Assembly: GCA_034180465.1 (NCBI GenBank)
Contig: JAXFOH010000103.1
Location: 1 to 8,195 of the forward strand
DNA length: 8,195 bases
Source: Opitutales bacterium
GTDB taxonomy: Bacteria; Verrucomicrobiota; Verrucomicrobiia; Opitutales; Intestinicryptomonadaceae
Direction: 5' to 3'
A program made the position numbers and the translations under genes. Position 1 is the stretch's first letter. Every line of letters begins with the position of its first letter. Positions 1 through 6,389 of the stretch are shown here, one piece after another. Below the pieces are notes generated by a model, which saw only the letters and a program-made list of their open reading frames with translations, made no database searches and had not been told where the DNA came from.

Positions 1-231
1 CGGCGTTTTCTCCAAAATTTTTACGGCGTCGGAAAGCGGCATTTCCTCGCTAGGATACATTTTGTCGGCGGGGGCTTTTTGCGAAGCCGCGGGTTTTGCG
101 CTTTCTACGCTTGCAACCTTTTCTTTATGCGCAACGGTAAGCGATGTGCCCGACGCCCCATTGTTCACCGAAATTTGCCCCATAAGCGAAACTGCACACA
201 TAAACACCGCAAAAACAAAACAATTCTTCAT
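1..231 (-). CDS. hypothetical secreted protein, N-terminal 77 codons only (gene runs off the left edge)
   Basis: Hand translation of the reverse complement from ATG at 231-229 gives MKNCFVFAVFMCAVSLMGQISVNNGASGTSLTVAHKEKVASVESAKPAASQKAPADKMYPSEEMPLSDAVKILEKTP with no stop down to nt 1. It has a hydrophobic signal-peptide-like N-terminus followed by a Ser/Ala/Lys/Pro-rich low-complexity stretch. It starts 12 nt after the mrdA stop and is preceded by AAGGAG. It is absent from the supplied ORF track, presumably because it is truncated. Confidence 0.55.
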   Translation of the reverse strand, partial: MKNCFVFAVFMCAVSLMGQISVNNGASGTSLTVAHKEKVASVESAKPAASQKAPADKMYPSEEMPLSDAVKILEKTP

Positions 232-236
232 ATAAA

Positions 237-242
237 CTCCTT
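237..242 (-). promoter_or_regulatory. Shine-Dalgarno sequence AAGGAG for the ORF starting at 231
   Basis: The minus strand reads TAA-AAAGGAGTTTAT-ATG. AAGGAG (plus-strand ctcctt at 237-242) lies 5 nt upstream of the ATG. It is the only canonical Shine-Dalgarno sequence I found in the window. Confidence 0.55.
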
Positions 243-243
243 T

Positions 244-2157
244 TTAATTGCCCAAAACAAGGGCTGGTTTGTTCGAGAAATATTTTTCCATAACGGCTTT
301 AACTATGGGCCCTGCCGTTTTGCCGCCGCTGGCGTCGCCCGGTTCTTCGCCCTCTATTACAACCGCCATTGCAATTTCGGGGTTGTCGGCGGGGGCAAAG
401 GCAACCATCCAAGCCAAAGTAAGCGGCCGCCCCTGCGGGCGAACTTGCGCCGTTCCCGACTTTGCCGCAATCTGCACCAAGTCGCTAGCCGCCCTGCGCG
501 AAGTGCCCGTATTTACGGAAGCTACCATACCCCTTACAATTTCCAGATAGTCGCTTTTATCTATAGGTATGGGTTCGCCCCCGTGGTATTTTTGGTCGGT
601 TATGCGCATTGGCATATGCAATATGGAAGGCTTTGTTCTTGTCTGCATTCTTGCAAGCGAAGCCGCAACACACGCCATCTGAAGCGGCGTTGTAATCAGG
701 TAGCCTTGCCCTATCGAGGTGTTTGCCGTATCGCCCGAGCTCCAAGGGCCCAGCAAATTCTTTTTCTTATACTCTTTGTCGGGCACAATACTGCGCGAAG
801 TTTCGTTTGGCAAGTCAACCCCCGTTTTCTTGTCCAGCCCAAAAAGCCGCGCGGTATCGCTAATTGCCTCTATGCCAGCCTTTAGCCCCTCGTCGTAAAA
901 ATATACGTTGCAGCTTTTTTCCAAAGATTGCGCCATATCCAAATATCCGTGCCCCGAACGCTTGTTGCAGGGAAACCTTCGGTTGCCTACAAGCATAGCT
1001 CCCATGCAGTTTACGGTGTCTTTTACGTCTAGCGTTCCGGCTCTCAATCCCGCAATAGAGGTTAAAATTTTAAATGTAGATCCCGGCGGATACAAGCCCT
1101 GTATTGCCCTGTTAAGCCATGCCCCCCTTTCCCTTATCTGCATATCAACCTTGTTCGAGATGAAAGGCGAAAGCAAATTTGCATCATAGGTAGGCTTAGA
1201 TGCCATTGTTAAAATCTCGCCTGTTTTTACATCTAGCACCACAACCGCGCCCTTGCGCTGCGCCATTGCGTCTTCGGCTGCTATTTGCACATCTATGTCT
1301 AGCGAAACGCTAACCGTTTGACCTTTTTTTGGCAGAATTTCCTGCTCTAGGCTATATTGAAACCCCTTTGGGTCTACCACCCATATCTGCATTCCGCTAG
1401 AGCCTGTAAGAATGTCGTCGAACTGCTTTTCTACGCCCGACCTGCCTTTTTTTGCAACAAATGAATATGTGCGCAAAGTTTCGCCGGGTATTCCATCGTC
1501 TTCAATCTCCATTTGCGATCCGACAAAACCCAAAGCGTGCGCCGCATACTCGCCGTACGGGTAGCTGCGCGAGGAGTCGGCATATACCTGCACGGGGGAA
1601 TCTACAGGCAGCTTTTCCGCCAAAATCGCATATTGGCGTTCGTCTAAATCTTTTATTATCGGCAGCGGCAAAAGCATTCTTTCCGAAAAATGCCTGTTAA
1701 AATCTCTAACGTCCAATTCAAAGTCGCTGCCCAAAACCGAATTTATATAGTCTACATAACGCTGTAAAACGCGTTTGCGCGCCGTGATGGAAAGCTCGGC
1801 AGCGGGGATTTTCGCCTCTTTGCTTTCGGGGTGCTCTTTTATGTATTTTTTAAGCTGGGCATACTCTTTTCTAAACTCTCCCCTAATTTCGTTAAAATAA
1901 ACCACAACCGAAAATCTGGGCTTGTTGCCGACAAGCAGCTTGCCGTTGCGGTCTAAAATGTCGCCCCTTGCCCCCGGTTTTATAACGCGCCGCAATGTTT
2001 GCCTTTCGGCCTTTTGCTCGTATTCGGAATGCAAAATTAGCTGCCTATACGCCAATGCCGACGACAATATTAAAAACATGCCCAGCAGCGCAAAATAGAA
2101 AACGCCAAGCTTGCGCTTTTCTTTGCCGAAAGCCTCTATCTTTGGTTGGTTATCCAT
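244..2157 (-). CDS. mrdA: penicillin-binding protein 2 (elongasome class B transpeptidase)
   Basis: The 637-aa ORF has an N-terminal TM anchor (LGVFYFALLGMFLILSSALAY) and the PBP2-type N-terminal motif RGDILDRNGKLLVGN. All three penicilloyl serine transferase motifs are intact: STFK (nt 1069-1080), SCN (907-915) and KSGT (451-462). It follows mreBCD directly and overlaps mreD by 8 nt. Confidence 0.93.
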   Translation of the reverse strand: MDNQPKIEAFGKEKRKLGVFYFALLGMFLILSSALAYRQLILHSEYEQKAERQTLRRVIKPGARGDILDRNGKLLVGNKPRFSVVVYFNEIRGEFRKEYAQLKKYIKEHPESKEAKIPAAELSITARKRVLQRYVDYINSVLGSDFELDVRDFNRHFSERMLLPLPIIKDLDERQYAILAEKLPVDSPVQVYADSSRSYPYGEYAAHALGFVGSQMEIEDDGIPGETLRTYSFVAKKGRSGVEKQFDDILTGSSGMQIWVVDPKGFQYSLEQEILPKKGQTVSVSLDIDVQIAAEDAMAQRKGAVVVLDVKTGEILTMASKPTYDANLLSPFISNKVDMQIRERGAWLNRAIQGLYPPGSTFKILTSIAGLRAGTLDVKDTVNCMGAMLVGNRRFPCNKRSGHGYLDMAQSLEKSCNVYFYDEGLKAGIEAISDTARLFGLDKKTGVDLPNETSRSIVPDKEYKKKNLLGPWSSGDTANTSIGQGYLITTPLQMACVAASLARMQTRTKPSILHMPMRITDQKYHGGEPIPIDKSDYLEIVRGMVASVNTGTSRRAASDLVQIAAKSGTAQVRPQGRPLTLAWMVAFAPADNPEIAMAVVIEGEEPGDASGGKTAGPIVKAVMEKYFSNKPALVLGN

Positions 2158-2680
2158 TCAAGTCCAAGCTAAGCTCCATCTTTAACGCCATAAAAAGCGA
2201 TTTATGAAAAGAATACCAGTAAGAAGACGTCCACAACAAAAACAGCGTTGAAAAAAGGTAGTCGCTAAAAACCCTAACGGCATATGTCCCCCAAGAAACC
2301 GAATGCGGCATAAAGAACAAAACCGCCCATGCAAACATTGCCGTATTTACAATGGCGCACACCGAAAAAACTCCAAGCTTGTCTATGCTACGGAATCTAA
2401 ACGACTGGCTTTTTATGAAAACCGAAGATGCCATATACATAAACACAAAAGAAAGCGCAGGCACGGGCAAAAAAGCCTCGCTTACGGCTCCCGAAAAAAC
2501 AGCTACAAGCACAAGCTGCCAAAGTTTTAAATAAACCGAAGGCACAAGCACCAAAAGTACGGGAATAAAAATATATACGCCCCATTCCGATAAAAAATCG
2601 TTTAGCGTGTGCAAAATAAAAATGCATGCGACATTTATCAAAGCCATTATATACGGCCTTATGTCGAAGGCGTTTCCCAT
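2150..2680 (-). CDS. mreD: rod shape-determining protein MreD
   Basis: The 176-aa ORF is strongly hydrophobic and polytopic. It is wedged between mreC (1-nt gap) and mrdA (8-nt ATGGATAA overlap). Size, hydropathy and position fit MreD, but the family is poorly conserved, so the call rests mainly on synteny. Confidence 0.75.
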   Translation of the reverse strand: MGNAFDIRPYIMALINVACIFILHTLNDFLSEWGVYIFIPVLLVLVPSVYLKLWQLVLVAVFSGAVSEAFLPVPALSFVFMYMASSVFIKSQSFRFRSIDKLGVFSVCAIVNTAMFAWAVLFFMPHSVSWGTYAVRVFSDYLFSTLFLLWTSSYWYSFHKSLFMALKMELSLDLNG

Positions 2681-2681
2681 T

Positions 2682-3512
2682 TTATTTTTGCTCCACTTTT
2701 GTAAGTATTACAACTTCGCGCAAATCGTGCAGCGACTTGGGCAAAATAACGGTGCCTTTTTTGAACAGGCAATCGTCGTCCAGCTCCAACTTTTCTACGC
2801 TGCCTATGTATATGCCTTCGGGGAAGGTTCCTGCCAGCGAAGACGTATATAAAAGCAGGGGATCTTTTTCGCTTGCGTTTAGGTTTGAAGGCACCGAAAG
2901 CGCGTTGCCAGAATACGAAGTAAACGCCTTTGCCCCACCCCCCTGATATATTACGGGGGTTGTGCAACCGCTAAAATAAGCCGCCATTCTAAAGCCCGAA
3001 CTGCTTACCAATTCAACAACGCTTTCGAACGACGAAACCTGAACAATGCGGCCTACAACGCCGTCTTTATAAATAACGGCGTCGCCCTTTTTCACGCCGT
3101 CAACCGAGCCCCTTCTTACCGTAATTTGCTGCCACCATGCCGAAATGTCGCGCCTTATTACCCTTGCAACAACGGGGTTAAACCTGTCGAACGACGGCAT
3201 TTTTAAAAGGGTTTCGTAGCGGGCAATGCGGTCTTTTAAAAACTCGTTTTCCAAAACCTTTGTAGTGTACGAGGCGTTTAAACGCGCCAAATCTCTACCG
3301 GCTTCTATCAACGCCCTTTTTGAATTTGCGTGCTTAATCCAATAGGTTTCCAAATCGCCCAACTGCGAGGGCAAAATGTCTACCGGAGCCGAAAATTCGG
3401 CAAACAAAGCTTTTGCCGAATTTTTTACAAAAGGCGGCATTAAAAAACAAAGAGCCAAAACTGCGACAAATATCGCAATATCACGCAACGCCCTTGTTCT
3501 GCCCTTAGACAA
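2682..3512 (-). CDS. mreC: rod shape-determining protein MreC
   Basis: The 276-aa ORF has a short basic N-terminus and a single TM helix (IAIFVAVLALCFLM). A helical, coiled-coil-like segment follows (RALIEAGRDLARLNASYTTKVLENEFLKDRIARYETLL), then a beta-rich periplasmic region (GDAVIYKDGVVGRIVQVS...). It begins 17 nt after mreB. The start is TTG at 3512-3510. An in-frame TAA at 3518-3516 excludes any longer form, and the next in-frame ATG would remove the TM helix. Confidence 0.85.
   Translation of the reverse strand: MSKGRTRALRDIAIFVAVLALCFLMPPFVKNSAKALFAEFSAPVDILPSQLGDLETYWIKHANSKRALIEAGRDLARLNASYTTKVLENEFLKDRIARYETLLKMPSFDRFNPVVARVIRRDISAWWQQITVRRGSVDGVKKGDAVIYKDGVVGRIVQVSSFESVVELVSSSGFRMAAYFSGCTTPVIYQGGGAKAFTSYSGNALSVPSNLNASEKDPLLLYTSSLAGTFPEGIYIGSVEKLELDDDCLFKKGTVILPKSLHDLREVVILTKVEQK
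3392..3424. repeat. 13-bp perfect inverted repeat (hairpin-capable) inside the 5' part of mreC
   Basis: aaaattcggcaaa (3392-3404) is the exact reverse complement of tttgccgaatttt (3412-3424), with the 7-nt loop caaagct between them. I checked all 13 base pairs by hand. On the plus strand the right arm runs into a T6 tract (3421-3426). Confidence 0.9.
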
Positions 3513-3524
3513 TGTTTAGACAAT
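3505..3524. repeat. 9-nt perfect direct repeat with 11-nt period across the mreB-mreC junction and the mreC start codon
   Basis: The plus strand reads ttagacaat (3505-3513), gt, ttagacaat (3516-3524). The minus strand reads ACCTT-ATTGTCTAA-AC-ATTGTCTAA-GGGC. The downstream copy contains the mreC TTG start. The upstream copy contains a second, out-of-frame TTG and the TAA that closes the mreC frame upstream. Confidence 0.9.
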
Positions 3525-3529
3525 AAGGT

Positions 3530-4549
3530 TTAGTCGTTTTCGCTTGTCCACCAATGCAAGTCTGTAAGGATTTTGCCAGTGCCGTTTGCAACAGCCCTAA
3601 GCGGGTCTTCGCCGACAAAGCAGGGCAACCCCGTAACTTCGCTAAGCATTGTGTTTAGGCCTCTAATAAGCGCGCCGCCGCCCGCAAGAACTATGCCTCG
3701 GTCCATAAGGTCGGCACTGTGTTCGGGAGGGCAGTGTTCCAAAGCCTCTCTTACAACACTTACTATAGACGCAAACGTGTCCGACAAAGCCTCTCTGATT
3801 TCCTCTGAAGTTATAGTTAAAGTTTTGGGCAAGCCCGCAACCGAATCGCGGCCTTTAACCTCCATCTTAAGCTCTTCTTCCAAAGGATGCGCCGACCCTA
3901 TGCGTATTTTTATTTCTTCGGCGGTTCTTTCGCCAATCATAAGATTGTACGATTTTTTCATATACTGCATAATCGCCTTGTCGATTTCGTCGCCGCCAAC
4001 CCTTATGCTCTTAGAATACACAACGCCCGAAAGCGAAATTACCGCAACTTCGGTTGTTCCGCCGCCAATGTCTACAATCATTGTAGCGGGAGGCTCGCCA
4101 ATGGGCAAATCCACGCCAATGGCTGCGGCAAGCGGCTCTTCCATGAGGTACACAAGCCTTGCCCCCGCCCTTATTGCCGACTCTTTAACGGCTCTGCGTT
4201 CAACTTCGGTAATGCCCGAGGGAACCGCAACAACAACTCTGGGAGCCACAAACTTCATTGCGCTGGAAGCCTTGTCGATAAAGTATCTGAGCATATGTTC
4301 GGTAATTTCAAAGTCGGCAATAACGCCGTCTTTCATCGGGCGAATGGCTGTAATATTGCCGGGGGTTCTGCCCAACATTTCCTTTGCCTTATTGCCCACG
4401 GCCAAAACTCTTTTGGAATTGTTAAATACCGCAACAACACTGGGCTCGCTTATAATAACGCCCTTGTCTTTAACGTAAACAAGGGTATTTGCCGTGCCCA
4501 AGTCTATGCCTATGTCGTTTGTCCAAATGTTCTTTAAAAAGCCTGCCAT
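3530..4549 (-). CDS. mreB: rod shape-determining actin homologue MreB
   Basis: The 339-aa ORF carries actin/HSP70-fold nucleotide-binding motifs: DIGIDLGTANTLVY, MIVDIGGGTTEVAVI and VLAGGGALIRGL. Its N-terminus (MAGFLKNIWTNDIGIDLGTANTLVYVKDKGVIISEPSVVA) is nearly colinear with E. coli MreB as I recall it. It is the first gene of the mreBCD-mrdA array. Confidence 0.97.
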   Translation of the reverse strand: MAGFLKNIWTNDIGIDLGTANTLVYVKDKGVIISEPSVVAVFNNSKRVLAVGNKAKEMLGRTPGNITAIRPMKDGVIADFEITEHMLRYFIDKASSAMKFVAPRVVVAVPSGITEVERRAVKESAIRAGARLVYLMEEPLAAAIGVDLPIGEPPATMIVDIGGGTTEVAVISLSGVVYSKSIRVGGDEIDKAIMQYMKKSYNLMIGERTAEEIKIRIGSAHPLEEELKMEVKGRDSVAGLPKTLTITSEEIREALSDTFASIVSVVREALEHCPPEHSADLMDRGIVLAGGGALIRGLNTMLSEVTGLPCFVGEDPLRAVANGTGKILTDLHWWTSEND

Positions 4550-4578
4550 AAATATTTATTTTGTTGTGTGTTTGAAAC

Positions 4579-4607
4579 ATAATCGTAAGAATTGCGGTCA
4601 TTGTCAA
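4579..4607 (-). promoter_or_regulatory. candidate sigma70-like promoter for the mreB operon (TTGACA-17 nt-GATTAT)
   Basis: The minus strand reads agTTTGACAatgaccgcaattcttacGATTATgtttcaaacacacaacaaaataaatatttATG. There is a perfect -35 hexamer (plus 4602-4607), a 17-nt spacer and a 4/6 -10 hexamer (plus 4579-4584), roughly 30 nt upstream of the mreB ATG. The overlapping TAtgTTTc also resembles the Bacteroidetes-type TAnnTTTG element. This is sequence pattern only, with no expression data. Confidence 0.35.
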
Positions 4608-4645
4608 ACTATATTAGAGCATTTTATTAACGATAAAAGATTGTT

Positions 4646-6367
4646 ATGAAACGTATTTTTTCGATTTTAGCATTTTTTTTGATTTTGGTTTGTTTTTCGC
4701 GCGTTTTTGCCGACTTGCAAAAAATCTCGGTTCAGATTTCGGCCGACCAGCCTGTGCAAATTGCGGGCGGCAATATGCTGCTTAGCGTAGAGGTTAAAAT
4801 ACCCAAGGGCGCGCATATTTATTCCCTCGACAACCAAAACTCGGGGCAAGCTACAAAAATAGAGCTTACGCTGCCGAAAGGGTACGAAATTTTGTCCCAA
4901 AAAATACCCGAGGCTAAAAGCTTTTTGCTTTACGGCGAAAAGACAAATGGCTACGAAAATTCACTTAAAGTTTTATACGAAATACAAGTGCCCAAATTGG
5001 CAAAGCCGAAAGCCGAAATTTCGGCAAAAGTTTCGGCTTTGTTGTGCTCTAATATATGTGTTCCCCAACAAGTTATAGCAAATTTAAGCATAAGCGTGCC
5101 CCAGCATGGCGAAATTAATTTGTTTGCCGCAATAAAAGCCCTTATAATACCGTCGGCACTGGCGTTTTTTGGCGGCCTTTTGCTTAACCTTATGCCGTGC
5201 GTTTTTCCCGTAATAGGCATAAAGGCGCTTTCTTTGGCAAAAAATTCGCAAAACAAAAAGGGGGCTTGGGGAGCGGCTTTAGCCTATACGCTTGGCGTTG
5301 TTCTTTGCTTTTTGGGCTTTGGGGCTGCAATTTTGGCATTGAAAACTACGGGGGTAAAATACGGCTGGGGATTTCAACTGCAAGAGCCTTTTTTTGTGGC
5401 ACTTATGTTTTTGCTATTTTTGGCTATGGGGCTTTCGTTTTCGGGCATATATCAAATTGGCGGCAACCTAAGCAACATAAGCACAAACCCCAAAGAGGGG
5501 TTTTGGGGGGCTTTTCTTTCCGGAATGCTTGCGGTTTTGGTTGCAAGCCCGTGCTCGGCGCCATTTATGGGCTCGGCCATAGGCGCGGCTTTAATGGACA
5601 ATTCCACTTGGGAATTTGCATTTTTCGTATTTCTTTTTTGCGGGCTAGGAATGGCACTGCCCTACGTTGTTTTGGCAGCCTACCCCGGCCTTTTGCGCTT
5701 TTTGCCCAAAAGCGGAGAATGGATGAATACCTTTAAGCAGTCGCTTGCATTTTTGCTGTATTTAAGCTGCGCGTGGCTTTTTTGGGTGTTTTGCAGCCAA
5801 ACAAACGCAAATGCATCGGGGCTTTTGGGGCTTTCGGCGGTTGTGTTGGCGGCAGCGTGCGCAATTTTCGGCAAATGGCAAGCCCCGCATTTTTCCGCGT
5901 TTAGGCGCATCTCGGCAAAAACGGCTTCGGGAATGTTGCTTATTGTTTCGGTATACACCGCATTTTACGCCGCAAAAAAAACCTTTGCGGGAAATGCCGA
6001 CATGTCTGCAGCCTACCAAACATATGCCAAAAGCCTTTCTCAAAAAATAAGTGCGTTGCAAAAATCCGGCAAAGGCGTGTTTTTAGATTTTACCGCAAAG
6101 TGGTGCATAACCTGTCAGGCAAATGAAAAAGCGGTGCTAAATACGCGGGCAATAGAAAAACTTTTTGCCGAAAACAATATCGAAAAAATAGTTATAGACT
6201 GGACAAAAAAAGACCCGTCTATAACCGAAGAATTGGCAAAATTCGGCAGGGCTGGAGTGCCCCTATATGTTTTGTACCCTAAAAACCCGAATTTGCCGCC
6301 GCAAATTTTGCCTCAAATATTAAGCTACGACATTGTTTGCAACGCGGTTGACAAAGCCGAAAAGTAA
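4646..6367 (+). CDS. dsbD: thiol:disulfide interchange protein DsbD family (N-terminal DsbD_N-like domain + CcdA-type membrane core + C-terminal thioredoxin domain)
   Basis: The 573-aa ORF opens with the signal peptide MKRIFSILAFFLILVCFSRVFA. The periplasmic N-domain has KGAHIYS...PKGYE and a Cys pair, C134-SNI-C138-VP (nt 5045-5059). The polytopic core has LMPCVFPV (C185, nt 5198-5200) and ASPCSAPF (C303, nt 5552-5554). The C-terminal domain has FTAKWCITCQ (C487/C490, nt 6104-6115). All six redox cysteines expected for the DsbD electron relay are present. Confidence 0.9.
   Translation: MKRIFSILAFFLILVCFSRVFADLQKISVQISADQPVQIAGGNMLLSVEVKIPKGAHIYSLDNQNSGQATKIELTLPKGYEILSQKIPEAKSFLLYGEKTNGYENSLKVLYEIQVPKLAKPKAEISAKVSALLCSNICVPQQVIANLSISVPQHGEINLFAAIKALIIPSALAFFGGLLLNLMPCVFPVIGIKALSLAKNSQNKKGAWGAALAYTLGVVLCFLGFGAAILALKTTGVKYGWGFQLQEPFFVALMFLLFLAMGLSFSGIYQIGGNLSNISTNPKEGFWGAFLSGMLAVLVASPCSAPFMGSAIGAALMDNSTWEFAFFVFLFCGLGMALPYVVLAAYPGLLRFLPKSGEWMNTFKQSLAFLLYLSCAWLFWVFCSQTNANASGLLGLSAVVLAAACAIFGKWQAPHFSAFRRISAKTASGMLLIVSVYTAFYAAKKTFAGNADMSAAYQTYAKSLSQKISALQKSGKGVFLDFTAKWCITCQANEKAVLNTRAIEKLFAENNIEKIVIDWTKKDPSITEELAKFGRAGVPLYVLYPKNPNLPPQILPQILSYDIVCNAVDKAEK
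5001..5041. repeat. compound inverted repeat (11-bp outer arms enclosing a 14-bp palindrome) inside dsbD
   Basis: caaagccgaaa (5001-5011) pairs perfectly with tttcggctttg (5031-5041). Between them, gccgaaatttcggc (5012-5025) is a perfect palindrome, and aaaag (5026-5030) forms a one-sided bulge. Equivalently, there are two copies of GCCGAAA followed by two copies of TTTCGGC. The repeat ends 4 nt before the C134 codon and is followed by ttgtg. Confidence 0.9.
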
Positions 6368-6389
6368 TGCTTAGATTACGCAAATTTTT

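Noticed and set aside
79-885. A 268-aa plus-strand ORF lies antisense to the 3' part of mrdA and to the left-edge ORF.
   Set aside because: Its product is Arg/Cys/His-rich and implausible, and it overlaps the intact transpeptidase domain, including the KSGT motif. It is an antisense artefact.
3274-3285. There is a 12-bp perfect palindrome, GCGTTTAAACGC, in mreC. Several 8-12-bp palindromes occur elsewhere, including GCAAATTTGC around 1176, AAACGCGTTT around 1769, AAAAGCTTTT around 4915 and CTTTGCAAAG around 7950.
   Set aside because: An even palindrome of 12 bp needs only 6 matches, so about two are expected per window. None lies in an intergenic or operator-like position.
3573-4537. Two long plus-strand ORFs (301 aa at 3573-4478 and 216 aa at 3887-4537) lie antisense to mreB, so three frames are open at once over about 600 nt.
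   Set aside because: Their translations are low-complexity (Ser/Thr/Pro/Ala-rich or Arg/Asn/Gly-rich), have no recognisable motifs and lie entirely within a very well supported mreB. Long antisense open frames are a known by-product of biased codon usage in highly conserved genes.
5197-5736. A 179-aa ORF lies in an alternative plus-strand frame inside dsbD.
   Set aside because: It is Gly/Phe/Arg-rich with no motifs. The dsbD frame carries the conserved MPCVFPV and ASPCSAPF motifs across the same nucleotides.
6290-6325. A 7-bp hairpin, aatttgc-cgcc-gcaaatt (6290-6307), lies near the dsbD 3' end, along with a tandem PQIL-PQIL peptide repeat that has synonymous differences.
   Set aside because: The stem is short and AT-rich, sits about 60 nt before the stop codon and lacks a proper U-tract. 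Stems of 7 bp are expected several times per window by chance. The 4-aa repeat is too short to interpret.
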